This document shows positions 1 through 14,589 of a stretch of DNA of 64,000 nt, one piece after another. A program made the translations under genes and the position numbers. Source of the DNA: Hydrolagus affinis (Eukaryota). How positions within the stretch are numbered: the first letter of the stretch is position 1; each line of letters opens with the position of its first letter. The DNA is taken from the NCBI GenBank assembly GCA_012026655.1, contig JAAILG010001487.1, forward strand, positions 1-64,000, read 5' to 3'. Below the pieces are notes generated by a model. It was not told the DNA's origin, ran no database searches, and saw only the letters and a program-made list of their open reading frames with translations.

Positions 1-59
1 GTGCCGAGAAGTGGGGACTCTCTTTCTCTCATTTACACCTCTATGACCCCTGCCCGACC

Positions 60-350
60 CACCCTACCATCGGTGGACGGGCTTTCAGCCTCTCTGTCCC
101 CACACTCTGGAACTCCATCCCACAGTCCATTCGCCTCGCTTGCTCCCTCGCCTCCTTCAAGGCCGATCTCAAGACCCTCCTCTTCGATCGTACCTTCTCC
201 CGCCCTCCCAACTCTTTCCCTCCCCTCCTAACTCTCTTCCTCCCCTCCCCACTACCCTGCCCCTCCACCTTGCTCGGGTCCCGACCATTGGGACATCCTC
301 CCAATGTGAAACGCGCTCTATAAATATACTTTTGTTGTTTGTTGGTGTTG
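60..350 (+). mobile_element. L2-like LINE 3' fragment
   Basis: Encodes TLWNSIPQSIRLACSLASFKADLKTLLF and ends in the tail tgggacatcctcc...ctataaat(ttg)n shared with the local SINEs. Confidence 0.75.
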
Positions 351-3300
351 TTACACCTCTGGTTGACTGAGGTGTCATTGATGAGGTTTGTGGGAGAGAT
401 GTTGGGTGAGAAATGTAACTGTGTAGATCAGTATAAATCAGAGAAAAAAAAAACCTAAAATCAGCTAGTGTTGAGGTTAGTTATAGCGCTGATGTTCCAG
501 GGAAGACCTTGTTTGAAACTGATGCTGGAGAAATACCCAAGGAGGATGACTGACATCTTCCCTACATTTTGTTATAATAATAATCCTTGAATTTTGATGT
601 CTTCTAGTAATCTCAAATCGCTTCATGGAATATACTGTAAAGTGTGTGTTTGTGGGCGAAACAGCCAGGATCTGTAGAGGTCCTTTCCACCCAGAACTGG
701 ACGTTAAAAGGCAGAATCATCCCTTTGAGAGGTTCCTCTGTGGTTGTGAGAGGAGGAGGGGCAGGTGATGGTCATGGGTTTCATAGCTGGCTTCAGATTT
801 TGTTTCAGGATTGGATAACCTCTAAATATCACCAGGTGGTAGAGACTGGGATGCCAAATACTGTACAGTACATCGATAATGTCTAGAACAAAATACACAC
901 TGCACTTCAATGGTGATTTATATAGTGCCCATCACGCAGGGCAATGCCTTTGAGGTCTTTTGATGGCACAATAAATCTTTGAGTCAAATGCAAGGATTTA
1001 ATATGTTAAAATCCCTGCTTCACTGCTAGCCAGTTAGTTCAGTGATTTTTTTTTTGAGAGGCGAGGGGGAGAAATATTTGTGGTGCTTGAGATTTGTCAT
1101 GCGTTTTTGAGAATATATTTGTGAATTAGCATCGTTGCCAAATTAGCCCAAGCTACCAACTCAAAATTCATCATTGGAGGCGTCTCTTTATGTTTTAGTC
1201 ATCAAATGCCACTTCCTTCCTGCTCTGCATGTCAAAATGAAGGCCTGGCGAAGGGTATCATTTACATGCAACTTAAACTGTATCCTGCCAATGCTTCCAT
1301 GTGCAGCACTCTGCCATATCTGTCCTCCCTGTTGAGGTTTGGGAAGGAAGGAGGGAATTGAGAGACAGAGGATTCTAAATCTCTTGTTGTTTGCTTCTAT
1401 GATTTTTTTTCAAACAAGTTTTTTTTAAAAAAAACCCTGAAAACAAAGTACTGGAGGAAATAATGAACAATAGTGAGAGTCTCTACACTTTGTTCCTGAG
1501 TCATTTGCAGGAAGGAGAGGAATTGTGCATCACACTGTAACAGTGACGGGAACTGTAGAAGGAAGGGGTTTGCCTGGAGAGGAGGGAGAGTTTAAGAAAG
1601 CAAGGGCACCCAGTGACATCATGTGATTGGACACGCTGTGAGTTGCAGTGTATTTTGTGGGCAAATACAGCAGCCAATTTTCACACAGTGTGACCCTCAA
1701 ACAGCCAATTTAGATGTGGGTGGGGTGGTGGTGTGGAGGGTGGGGGGAATGTGGGTCAGGAGAAACTCTCTTCTCTTTTCAAACTGTCGTGGGATCTTTC
1801 ATTTCCACCTGAACAGGCAGCTGGGCCTTGGTATAATGTCTTGCATGCAAGACGTCACCTCCCGACAATATGATGCACCCCCAGAGCTGTATTGGAGTGT
1901 CATCCTAGCCAGACTTCAACATCCTGTGGTGTGGCTTGAGGTCTAAACTGTCTAACTGAGAGGAGAGACTAGAGGAAAAAGTGCAACTGATTGTGGCTGT
2001 AGCTGTAGAACAGTAGTAGAGGAGCTAGATCAATAAAAGAGGCACGTTCTCCTGGTTTCCCCCCCCCACCCCCCAACTCCCTTACATATATGGCCTTATT
2101 TTCCTGGTTCTTAAACACTGACAGATCTGATTATACTAGAACAACATACTGTATTAGAACATACAACAACAACAAAGTTATGCTTGTATAGCGCCTTTCA
2201 CGTCAGGAGGAAGTCCCAAGGCGCTGGACAGTCACTGCTTCACTAACCTTTACTGGAAAGGTAGGAAGCGCATTTATAATAATCCTTGTGTTTGATTATA
2301 GTGCCTGATCATCTTGTTGAGACGTCTCAAAATGCCAATACTGAATATTGTAGATTCATTGTATTTTGTGAGCAAAACTCAAGATTTACTCCTTGGATGT
2401 GCTAGAACTCGCCGTGCGGGAAACTGAACGAGACAAGTGGGTGTTAATGTACAGTACTTGTTGCTTTTCATGTCCAAACAGGGTGAGGCAGGAATAAACA
2501 GAATACTGGCCACGTTGCCAAATCTGTGGAATCTTAAATCCTCATAAACTGCTGAAGCTGTACAGTGTACTGGTTAGGCCACACCTGGGGCACTATGTGC
2601 AGTTCTGCTTGGGTCATTGCGACATTGCATGGGGAGGCGGTGGGGGCGTGGGGGGGAGGGGTAGGGGTTTGGTGTGAGAGGAAGGGAGTGACATTGAAAC
2701 TCTGGAGTCACTGCCGGGAAAAGCAACGAGGTTGATCTCCAGGTTCAGAGGGATGAGGAATGATTTGTAATATTTCCTAACAGGATTTGTTAATGAGGCA
2801 TTACGTTATACCAATGGATTTCGCTTTATTGGTACCTAGAAGGCTCACCACTCTTGGAATTATCGAGCTACGCTGATAGCAATGTTAAGACAAGCCAGAG
2901 CTGTGCAGTCTTGAGTGGACAACTCAGAAGAGGCCTAATAGAGCCTTAAATTGGATTGAAAAACTAAACCCAGATCAATACTTTAGGATGCAACAATTGG
3001 AGCAAAGCGACGCAACAACAAAACTAGATCAATAGAGCGCCTCTCACGTCGGGAGGATGTCCCAAGGCGCTGGGTTCGGGTTCCAAAGGGTAATTTCAGG
3101 ACAGACTTTAGGAAGTTTTTCTTGGTCCAGAAGGCAATTAATGACTGGAACAGATCAGCATCAAGAGGCTGGTCTTGATTCATATTTTTTTTAAAAAACA
3201 GCTGGATTGGCCGAATGGAATTCCTCACCTGACCGATCTTGTGATTCAATGAGTGTCACAGTTATCCTCTTGCATCAGGGAATCCATTTTAACGGGAATC

Positions 3301-6300
3301 CTTGCTGAGCAATCCTGATTAATAAAACATTGCTAATTAGACGGCCTTGTTTTTGTGGTTAGGACCTCCAGCACTGCATACCCACAGAATAAATTGCAAC
3401 TGAAAGAGAAAAAGAGAGAGAGAGAAGTTTAGTTATTGCTACAAAGTGTCTTGGGATGTCCTTCCAATATGAAAGCCACACTGTATAGATGTACACTTGA
3501 CAGTATGTCTTGTGAAGCACGATAGATGCAGATTTGTATTGTATTGGACAGCAGTGGCACGTTTCGAATGTGGTGGAGACGTGTTACTTCAAACTTCTGC
3601 GTAGGTGGTGATGCCACAATGTAACAATACGTAAATAGTAAGTGGTTGTCAATAAGTGGTTGTCAACTGTGGTCGGAAGAGCAAGTAATCCGACCAATGT
3701 TAATTGCGGCTTTGGACGTTTTACTCGAGTTTTAATGTGAAAACCCCAACTAGCCCAGGTTCCCAGTGTTTGAGAAGAACGGCTGATAACAACAACAACT
3801 TCGATTTATATAGCGCCCTCCACGCCGGACGGTGTCTCAGAGCGCTTCAGATTGTGAGGTGTATGGTTTACATTGTTCCTATTACATTATTCACCTGAAT
3901 AATGTCTACCTTCTGACCTACACCGAAAATGGGAGGAGGGGACGGACGGATTCAAAACAAATATTGAGTCAATTTTAAACTGTCTTGTATTATTAACACT
4001 GTGCCTTTTTTTTAAAAAAAACTGCCTTGATTTGTTATTTATATCTATATTTGCGCACGCACGCACGCACACACACACCCATCCCAACATGCACACACAC
4101 ATTCCCCCCATACACGCGCACATGCATACACTGTGCGCAAATTAGGTGCAGCAAGTCCTGACTAAATACAGTAATACAGTCACTACACTTGACAGTACTG
4201 TATATCTTGTGAAGCACTTTGACATGTCCTCCTACCATGACAGGTGCCGTTTCAAATGCAGTTTTATCTTTGAATTTGTTTAATAATAATACTAATATTC
4301 CTTACATTTGATTTAGAGCTTTTCACGTCTTTTAGACATCACAGAGCGCTTCACAGAATATACTGTAAAGTGAATTGACTATATTTTGTGGGCGAAACGC
4401 GCCAGCCAATCGCGCACAGCAATTGACCCCTCCTCGGCCATTACTAGACAGCAGCCAGTGCCTTCCCTCAGAGTGGCTTCTCGGGCGCGGAAGTCTTTCG
4501 GAAGTTAGATGAACCTTCAATTCTCAGAGCATCAGTGGCTCTCAGTTTAACGATCACATTGGCGGGAATTTTCAGTCATTGTGGCCTGAAGATCGCGTTC
4601 TGGCTTCTGCTGTTAATGTTATTCTCAATGGACAGATCTGACTGCTTTTAGCATCCTTTTTCCTGCTCGTTGGGAATAATTCTGGTCTGCTGGTCTGCGT
4701 GAGTTTGGTTGTTGTTGGACTGGATTCATTTCCTCCCCCTCCACCCCCACCACCCCACTCCCTCCCTACCCATCAGAGAGTTTGACTGGAAGGCTGTCAT
4801 TGCCAAGCAAGCCCTAACCTTACTCTAATCTGATCTTCTTCTACAAGCCTCTGCGGCAGTTGTGCGGTTGTACCTTCTCGTGCAGTCACTGCTGTAAAGC
4901 GGAGATTGGTTGCTCATACCTCTTATCTCCCAGCCGCCCCTTCTGGCTTGTCACAAGGTCAGCAAGAGATTTGTTGCTTGGCACAATATTATGGGGTTCA
5001 GGGCTGCGAAGGAGAAGGTTGGAGGCAAAGGCAAGGAAGTTTCTCCTTACAGAGAAAAACTAGAGCGTCTTCTAGACACCTCAAAGCGCTTCACAGAATA
5101 TATTGTAAAGTGAATTGACTGTATATTTGTGGGTGTGAATAGCAGCTTGAGTGGTTGATCAGTGTATTCTCTCCATCCTCTGAGCTACAGGACTCCACGG
5201 AATCTACATCCCTTGCACGGGGATGTAGATTTTTCACAATGAGCTGACAGTTCACAATCACTAAACTAATGTTGCAGAAAGATGTATTTGCCTGTGTTTA
5301 TCTCATCGGGAACATGCAGGGAGCTCAGTGAATGAGACAATATTATCTATCAATTCAGTCACTTTCTTCTCCTTTAGATGTCTGAGGAATTTGACCCAAT
5401 GGACTTGCTCAAACATTGCCCTGATAACATGCCACGTTAGACCAGAGGAATTCTACTTAGAAACTTGCGCCAAGTGAAAAGAATTGTCAACCATTACCTT
5501 ACCTAAACTGCCAAAGTACTGTATTCCTGTAAATACTTACAGTAACCGGTTAGATTAAAGGTACAAAGCCTTTGTGTTCTCTCAAAATGTATTATTTCTC
5601 CCCTTACCTCCCTCCTGTCCCCCAATATAAAGTTAGGAGCTACAGTACTTTTATATAGAGTTAGACATAGTGCCTAGACATTAACCACTTTTTGTTCTTT
5701 GTGATGATGTTGAACTGTGTTATTGTCTGCAGACTGCCCTTTTTTGACTTGTCATTGTGTGAGGAAGGGAGGGGCAGAACCGACTTGACATTCAATAATT
5801 GAGGAAAGGAATGCTTCTCTTATTCATCTTTGCAGTAGGCTGGGGATGGAGTGTTATAAATAGTTTTTGAGGAAGGTGACGGGACCCTTCTACCAGCAAA
5901 TATTGGCCTAGAGGCAAGAAGCTTGATGGAATGGAAAGCCTGTTGACACAGTTAGCCTTTATTCTCTGCCCAGTGAATCATTGCTTACTCTACACACAGT
6001 GAGTCATCACTTGTTGAGCTAACATTTAGTGTTTCAGAGCCTCACAACCACCTTCTGTTGCTTTTATCAGTTGGTTTTTGACTATTCAGTCATTTGATCT
6101 GTGATCTCTTTATCAGGGGTTAGTACTGTAGATGGATGGGATACAACACCAAGCAATTGGCTGCGCTTTTTTTTCCTGCAAAATATTCAGTAATTCACTT
6201 TACTGTATATTTCTGAAGCGCTTTGAGATGCCTTGATGACTTGATAAGGTGCTATATCAAATGCAAGGATTATTATTATTAGTAGTAGTATTATCTTCTC

Positions 6301-6789
6301 CCCCGCACCTCTCACATTCCTCAGGAACTGGCAATTTTGCCCGACTGGTCTTTTTTTTTCTTCACGTCTTGAACCTTGACATATCTCAGCAGTGTCGGAT
6401 ACACGGGCAGACAGAGACCTGATCTAACATGATCATTGCCATGTGTTATGGTGCAAGAGCCTGTGATTCAAGCATGGATAGTTTGTGGATTATCTCCGGT
6501 ATTTTGTACATTCTAACTGATAACATGTGTACTTGTTAAGAGTCCAAGAATGTTTTATTCAGTCTGCGGGTGAATCTGTTTGAGATTTTACATCTAATAA
6601 CTGGGACAGTAATGAATGTCTAAATATGTTATGGTGACGTGATCAAACAATACAGTAAATTTGTAGCAAGAGTGACTTATCCCAACCCTACAGTGCAAAT
6701 ATTCTATTTTTCTAGCACTGCAGTGCTAATGTTCTATGTAATTCCAGACACTACATTGCTAATATTGTACAGTAATACCATCAGCTATT

Positions 6790-7611
6790 CATAGAATTAT
6801 ACTGCACAAAAGGAGGCCATTTGGCCCATCTAGCCTGTGCTGGCTCTTTGAAAAGAGCAACTCAATTCCACTGCCCCGTTCTCTCCCCATAACCTAACAG
6901 ACCTGTTCTCCCTAAATAAAGATCTAATTCTCTTTTAAAAGCTGTTATCGAATCGGCCTCCACCACCTTTTCAGGCAATGCATTCCAGATTCGAACAACC
7001 CGCTGAGTGAAAACATTTCTCCTCAGCTCCCCTCTGCTTCGTTTTGAAACCACGAGTTTTTCCTTATTCACCCTGTCCAATTCCCTCATGATTTTAGAAA
7101 CCTCTATTAGGTCTCCTCTCAACCTTCTCTGTTCTAAAGAGAATAAACCTAGCCTATCTAGCCTTTCCCCATAACTGAAGTCTCTCACTCCTGGTACCAT
7201 TCTAGTAAACCTTCTTTGCACCCTTTCCAATGCCTTAACATCCTTTCTATAGTGTGGTGACCAGAATTGAACACAGTGCTCCAGCTGAGGCCTAACCAAA
7301 GTTTTATAGAGGTTAGTCAGCACTTCCTGACTTTTGTACTCTATACCCCTATTTATAAAGCCTAGTATCCCATATGCCTTCTTAACAGTTTTGTCTACCT
7401 GTCCTGCCACCTTCAAAGAGTCGCTAACACAAATGATGTGATCGCTATTTCCTAGGTGCTCACCTACAGAAACCTGTTGTACTTGCCCCACCTCATTCCC
7501 CAAAACTAGATCCAGCACTGTTTCCTTCCATGTTGGACTGGAAACATATTGATCAAGAAAGTTGTCTTGTACACATTTCAGGAATTCTTCTCCCTCCTTA
7601 CTGTTCTCCAC
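6790..7611 (-). mobile_element. CR1-clade LINE remnant, internally deleted (endonuclease C-terminal part fused to post-RT C-terminus) with 3' tail
   Basis: 249-aa ORF with LDLVLGN...HLGNSDH (APE end), followed by LYKTLVRPQLEHCVQFWSP, LGLFSLEQRRLRGDLIE and RIWNALP (CR1 ORF2 C-terminus). The 3' UTR has gatgggccaaatggcctcc...ttctatga. Confidence 0.93.
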
Positions 7612-7629
7612 TACTATTCTTTACACCAG

Positions 7630-7995
7630 TAATAATAATCATCCTTGCAATTGATACAGCATCTTCTCATGGCATCAAAATGTCTCAAAATGCTTCACAG
7701 TAATTATTGTGAGATGTAGTAGTAATTGTGTATTTGTAAGTGAAAGCAGCAGCCAATTTGCACACAACATTGTCCTACAAACAGCCATGAAGTGAGTGCC
7801 AAATATTTTGGGAGGATTGTTGGCCAAGACACCGGGTGAAACTCCCTCTTTCTTTGAATAGGACCCCCCCACCCCCACCACCCCCCTGCATTGCATGAGG
7901 TCTCAGTCAAAACTCTGAGCTCAAAATCCCACTAAGCAGGGCTTGAACCCACGAATTATCACTCCGAATCAAGAGTGCTACCAACTGAGCCAAAT
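7630..7995 (-). mobile_element. Older long-form Deu-domain tRNA SINE
   Basis: Head tggctcagttggtagcactc...gggttcaagccc; core gagtttcacccggtgtcttggccaacaatcc; shared tail. Confidence 0.75.
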
Positions 7996-10900
7996 TCAGG
8001 GGTATTTGAGTGGATCAGCTGAAAGATGCACCTTCTTTGTTTTGTGTAACTTACATTAGTTGGCTGGTTTGATCAACGCTGTGTGTTTTGTGTAAATCTT
8101 GGTTCGAGCTGGGTGAGGCTGTGGCAACATTCTTCTAATACTCTGCTTTGTTATCTTGTCTCATTACATGACTGGAATGAGCCTGCATCGCTTGTGGTTT
8201 TTAACAATAATTATCCTTACATTTGGTGTAGCATGCTTCACGGCAGGTGAACTTATCAAAGCCCCTCACAGCTTTCCTCTTTCTGGTGGAATCAATTTTT
8301 AATGCAGGAAAAAGGGGAGTTGCGCTCAGTGAGTGTTTGTCTGTGTTGTGTGGCGTGTGGTTGTGTGTTGTGTGGTGTGTGTTGTCTATGGTGCTTGTTT
8401 GTGTGACATGTGTTTCCCTTCCACTACATAAAGTTGAGAGGACCTTTAGGCTGCCACTGTTGCAGAACAAAATTTCACCACTAAATCCAATCATAAAAAG
8501 AAACCTTGGTATGTTTTTTTTTATTCCAATAATGGGCTAAAGGTTTCCTGGAAACATCTGTATTTCAGTAAATCTGATTGAAAATCATCTTTGTCGGGAA
8601 GTAAGTATGGGTACTGTTGAAAGCACGCAGCGTTGGCGAGAAATATCACACAGGGCTCAAATCTGCCTTGTTGCATGTGGCTGAGACCATTCCTGTAGAC
8701 TGATGTCAGGAAGACACAGACTGCACTGTTATCTGTGCTTGTTTCGAATTATGTTCGCAGAAGAATAAAAGGCTCTAATTAAACTATTCACTGGTATATT
8801 TTTATTCCATTTGCACAATAACAAATGTATTCTTGATAAAGGATATAAATTGAAGTGCTCCCAGATGCTACCCTGTGTAAAGAGCGCTATATAAATGCAA
8901 GTTGTTGTTGTTGTAGGACAGGGGGAGCTGTGATGGTGCAGTGGAGAGAGCTACAGCTTAGGGACGAAGGGTTGGCTAGTTCGAAACCTGGTTTGTGCTG
9001 AGTTTGCTGTTTTCGGCAACAGATTGGTACGGAGGCTAAATTGGCCCATTCTGTCCGAGGGTGTGAGTGTGTCACAGCGAGACGGGTGGGAAAAGGTCAG
9101 GCTCAGCTGACCATTGTATTTGAGTGTCCTGAGCAGCCAAGGCGCGTGACGTTTGGCCACTTGAGTGGGTTATCAGAGAGTAACCAATGCCTGCGGGTAA
9201 AAACAAAAATGGGAATTTAGTTAGTTCCAATGCAGTCGACTAAATTGATTGAGGAGGCTGGGGACTAATGTTGTAGATTTTAGAAAGCGCAGGCTCACAA
9301 AAGCCCATAATCCCCAAATACAACCCAACTCTGGTTCCCAAACACTGCACACTCTAGGAATCTACTCCGAAATGTAACATCATTGTGCATTTATAAAATG
9401 CAGCAAGCAACATTGTCGGCCTCTGACACTGTTAAGTGCTTTGAGACGCTGCCAGATGAGGAGAGTGCCTACTGTAATTGCAAGGATTATTATTATTATG
9501 TACGCTTTGGATCTTCTGTTCAAGTAACTTATGTGAGACGCTGAGTTTACGGGAAACTTGGGGAACCTTTCAGAACACTTCATTCCCCTGTGTTGAGTGC
9601 TACAGTTTCCAGAAGACAGTTTGAGGAATGTCAATCAGCATATTCTTTGAAGCGCTTTGAGACATTATAAGGCTCTAAATCAAATGCAAGGATTACCATT
9701 ATATTATTATCTCATCCACAATCTGTGTAGAGTGGTCACAGAACCTGACATGCCTGCCGGAGGGGAAGATATCTGCCGTCTTCGTGACCTTTTCGTTCTG
9801 TTCTTCGGTGTCTGGTGTGTTGCTTTGTGTAGTCTCTTGTGTTCGGGCAAACAGGACAAATGGGTTTGTGATATTTAGAACTCGCCTGAGGTAAAAAGGC
9901 TGACTCAAGCCGACCCCTTTGTGCGAGGTGGAAAAAAAAACAAGGTGGGACTGAACTGGATCATGTTATCCTAACTGTGCTGTCTCTGGTATGCTCTACA
10001 CAGAAGATAGCAATGTGTGGAGCAGTTTGCCTGGGGAGGCAGATAGTGCCGACAGATTGGAGAAGGAATTGGATAGGATAATGGCTGTAAATCTATAACA
10101 CTGATGTGGAGTGGGGCGGAGGGAGCAGCAATTCATTTGAAAAGGGGAACTTCTGCAGGATCCCGCACCCTCCCATGCTGAAGTCTGGCTGCGTGGGAGA
10201 GATAGACGCTTCTTATTCGAAGAAGCATTAGATTGCACATTTTGGGAAAGTTTTTAAGATCATTTATGTGAGAATCGTACTTCTTTTGATAAGAAGTGGG
10301 ATTCGAGTCAGTTTTGATACATAAATATCCACATCCCAACACGTGGGGTTTGCCAAGTCTCTCGGGTTAGATGAGGGTGAGGTCAGGGTTTCAGAGGGTG
10401 GCTTTCTTAAGCATCGCAAGTCATTTTAAAAATCATTTAAGATATCAACTTGTGTTAAGAAACAGACTCTTGGTGTCCTGGCTGATCTGGAAATATCCCT
10501 CAAGGGAAATAGTGGGAGTGGGGGAGAGCGATAGAGAGAGAAAGACTAGTCCAAAAATGAGGCTCGTGAAAACTGTAAACATCTCTAAACTCCAGATTTA
10601 ATTGGACTGATGTAGGGGGAACAGAGTTCAGTTAAAGTCTGCTGTTCATTTACATTGCCTCCTTCATCTGAACCTATCTTGTCCTCTTGTGATTTGTGTG
10701 CAGCTCAAACCATTTGCGTCAATCGCTGGGGATGTATGGACTCAATCAAACCACTTTGAGCTTATTGTCTCCGTATGGAGGGTAACTTGTAACATTGTCA
10801 TGCTTGTGCGTCAATAATTCCCTGGCACCTTGGTTTTAATCAGTTGTTTATCTTGTTTTTTTTAAAATTGACTCTGAAGGGGAAGGGTGGTGTGGAGTCT

Positions 10901-11422
10901 ACAATAGCCAAAGGGAAAATACCAATTGCAAGGATTATAGGAAAATGGGTTGGAATCTATTTACCCTCCAGCTGAAACTATGTACCACGGGTAACGTAAT
11001 AGCACGAGAGCTCAGGTGCTATTGTGTCTGATGAGAGACATGGTTTGTGGGACACTGCTGTGCGCAATTGGCTGCCGCATTTCGCTCACAAATATACCGT
11101 CAATTCACTTTACAGTATATTCTGTGACGTCTTTTGAGACGTCTAGAAGATGTGAAAAGTGCGATATCAAATGCAAGGATTATTATAGCAATGCATAATA
11201 TCCAAACCAATCTGTACACTGCGGTGAGAGGTCACTTCTGTATTTCTAACACTTGTAACCCCTTCATATTTGTCTTCCATGTTGGCTGATTTCACTCCCA
11301 CATCCCCCACTTCCGGTGCATTTTGGGTCGTCACTGGACACCAGTCCACATTATTGTCTTTTAACCATGGATTTCCTGATCCCGTTTACAATTTTCTTTT
11401 CTTTGTGTTTTTTTTTGTCCAG

Positions 11423-11529
11423 CTGGAAGACTGTGCCCTGCAGATGGCTCCCAATGGCAACTACCTGGATCTGGAACTGTCACTGGATGAACAGAGAGAT
11501 GACCTTGAAGGATTCTTTGAAGAGATTGG
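11423..11529 (+). CDS. FHOD1: FHOD1 formin coding exon 2 (GBD region; [36 protein letters not shown])
   Basis: Pyrimidine tract plus ccag acceptor, gtaaga donor; 107 nt. Peptide resembles human FHOD1 [36 protein letters not shown] as recalled. Phase-compatible with the next exon. Confidence 0.93.
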
Positions 11530-14500
11530 GTAAGAAAAGTTCAGTTTCTGATTTCCTAATAGTCAAGCCTATGGGCTGTACTGAGAGCCTTGTGGCTAAA
11601 GGCTTGACAGTGGTATAGGCCTAGGCTATGCAGATCAGTTGGTGTTGAAATTGAGGACACAATTTTATGAGTTGTATTGAGTTGGCTGATCTGAGCCAAC
11701 AGTTTGAACCCCATTATAACTCAGGAAGTTGATCAGTCAATGCCGGAAGCAGCACTTCCAATATAGGTACGAGTCCTCACTGTCCCGTGCTATAAACTGA
11801 CCTGTGCTGAACTGGGCCACTTAGTGATGGCTGCCCCGTACAATTGACTTTGGTGCTGCCCATCCAAGTAATACCCACCACCCACCCCTGCTGCTGTCGG
11901 GTGAGGTTGTGTGACCTGTTACTGTTCATTGTCTAACAAACTATCAGACCCTAAATTGTCCACATGACACATGGGCAATGGGTTGGATAATGGAGGGCGC
12001 CCTTCCTCCATGGCAGTGTACTTAAGGAGGAAATGTCCCCTTGAGGGAACAAATAGACCAAAGAGAGGGAGATCCTTAAGTGGATCTAACCCCAGAGTTC
12101 TTGACTTTGCTTGTCAAATGGTCTTGACTTGCTTCACTACCTGCCAATGTGATATCGAGTGCGATTTGCATACTTTTAGTGCCATAATTTAGCGTGAGTT
12201 ATTTCAGTTGGATGGGCTGAGTTTCCATGTGTGCAGAAGTAGTTAGGTTAATCTGTGAATGTACTGCCTGTGTTCCGAAGCCACACCGCAGTGCACAATA
12301 AATCTGGTGAAGTGAGCTTCGCTGGCAGGCAAAATAAGCAGTGAAATGCGGTTTGTACGAGTTGCTAACATGTAAAAAGTCCTGAGTACAGTGGAATGCA
12401 AAGGCTTGGATGCTACCCAAACGGAGCAGAGGCAAGCTTGAGAATGATTGCTTTACACAACAGAATGCCAGCCCACTCTCTTTCCTCCTTGTGTTTTTCC
12501 GCAAGCTCTTCAATGTGTGTCTGCGTTCGAACATCACACGGTTGCATTGTGCTCCGCCTGTACATTAGCAAACGGTTTCAGAAACTCCGGGAATGGAACT
12601 TGGGAGACATCTCCGTGTGGGTTCCCCCACTCAGATACATGCCACTCAACAACAGCAACAGCTTGCATTCACATAGCGTCCTTCACACAAGGTAGCTTCT
12701 CAGAGCAGTTGACAAACAGAGACATGCACTGAGCTAGTTCCCCCTACTTCCAACATGCATGAAGGTCACTTCCAGCAGAAGGAGGAAAGTTGTGAAGCAC
12801 TTTGATACGTCCTCCCGACTTGCAAGGCCCATATACTATATGTAAGGTCATGGGAGAATGGGAGAGATGAGATAACTCAAAACATTAGAAGAATGTCGCC
12901 ACAGCCTCATCCAACGCAAAACAAAGTTCAACTACTTTTTTTTAACAATGGTGTTGAAATTGAGAACACATTGCTGAGGCACAGTTTAAAAGGTCCAAGA
13001 GTTTGAAATCAGGTATGTAACGTAATGCTTTATGAATGAGATACAGTACATCACAAGTGTATCTTCCTGGTTCATTGCATCCTGATAAATTGAAATAAAT
13101 GGTAGTTTGTCTAATTGCTGGATGATAGCTGCTGTATGTCGCTATCTCGCAACGAGAACTATACTTCGGAGCAATTCAATGGGCAAAGTGCTTTGAGGTG
13201 TTGCGCTAAAACATGCCACGCAATTGCAAGTAGTTGTTACCATTGCCAAATTGCGCAATGACATTCGCACAGTCCTGCTTATCGCCCACTTATTTCAGAG
13301 CTACTCTGTGTATCGAATGATTCCAATCCCACAGCTAGTAACTCTTTGGCAGGAAAATTGTTGCCAAGTTGGATTTCCTGGTAACTTTGTAAACTAACAG
13401 TGATGAGGAAGCAGATTGGTCCTTTGCAGCAGAAGATAAATTATTAGTTGAGAAGTTGATCACTTCACTGAGTTACACGGACAATGACTTTGATGCCCTC
13501 TCTTGTCTCCCACATTGGAAACATGACTATTTTGTGGTTGGAGGTGCTGTCCTTCAGGTAAGATGTTAAACTGAGGTCCTGTCCATTACTTTGGATGGAT
13601 GTTAAAGGTCCCATGGCAAAAAAAAAGAGAAGGGAGTTCCTCCTTGTGTCTTAGTCATCAACCCTCATGCAAAACTGGTCATTTGCTTCATGTCTGTTTG
13701 AAGTGGAACATCGCTGTATACAAATTGGCTGCTGGATTTGCCTGCAAACTTTGTACAGTCACTGCACTTTACAGTAAATCCTGTGAAGCTCTTCGAGTTG
13801 TTTTGCTGATTTAATGGGAGCTACATATCAAATGCCAGGGCTGTATCTTGTTGCATTTAATTCTAACCCATGGTCTAAACCTAGTTAAATAAATTAATTG
13901 CATTTGATATCAAGCCTTTCATATCAGTAGGATTCCTCCAAGTGCTGCGCAGGATTTTTCCTATAAAGTGTAGTGACTGTGTATTTTGGATGCACGTGAC
14001 AGTGAATTGAAGCACAGCAATGACTCGCACACAACCATAAAGTGAATGATGGATTTTGGACTGAACCAATTGTTTGGCCAGGACACTGGGAGAGAGAAAC
14101 TCCCTTTATTCTACTATTAGCAGCAAGGAACCTTTAACGTTCACCTGAACAGGCAGGCAGGACTTCGCTTTAACCTCTCACTTGAAGCCCTTGAGTCCGT
14201 TCTGACAATGCTTGATGTACTGAAGAATCCACCTCGAATCCAGTGGAGAATCAGTCTGCGCTGACTTCAGTTATCAGTGGGTGGGGAACGCTGACTTGTG
14301 CAGCCAGACACTGACCACAATCTCATCAGCTGACCAGACTGGTAAACTGCTTTTGTGTGTGGCCGAGTTACGTAAGTAACTTGCTGAAGGCTGTCGTGCT
14401 GATTGTGAATTGCTTGGAGTTTGCACGGCAAACTTTTGTTTTCTCCCCCATGTTGATTCCCACCCTAACAGTAAACACTAGAGGACACGAATGGAATCCC

Positions 14501-14589
14501 ACTGTGTACCACACGAGATATAAATAGAGCTGCAGTGGAGGACACAGAATCATTGGCTAAGTGGCATTGACTCATGAAGTTCAATGCCT

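Noticed and set aside
3638-3666. 14-bp tandem duplication taagtggttgtcaa
   Set aside because: Ordinary slippage duplication with no further structure.
1-11422. FHOD1 exon 1 (expected VQ(Y/F)L.DTDPF motif)
   Set aside because: Not found by eye or in the ORF track; presumed upstream of the window.
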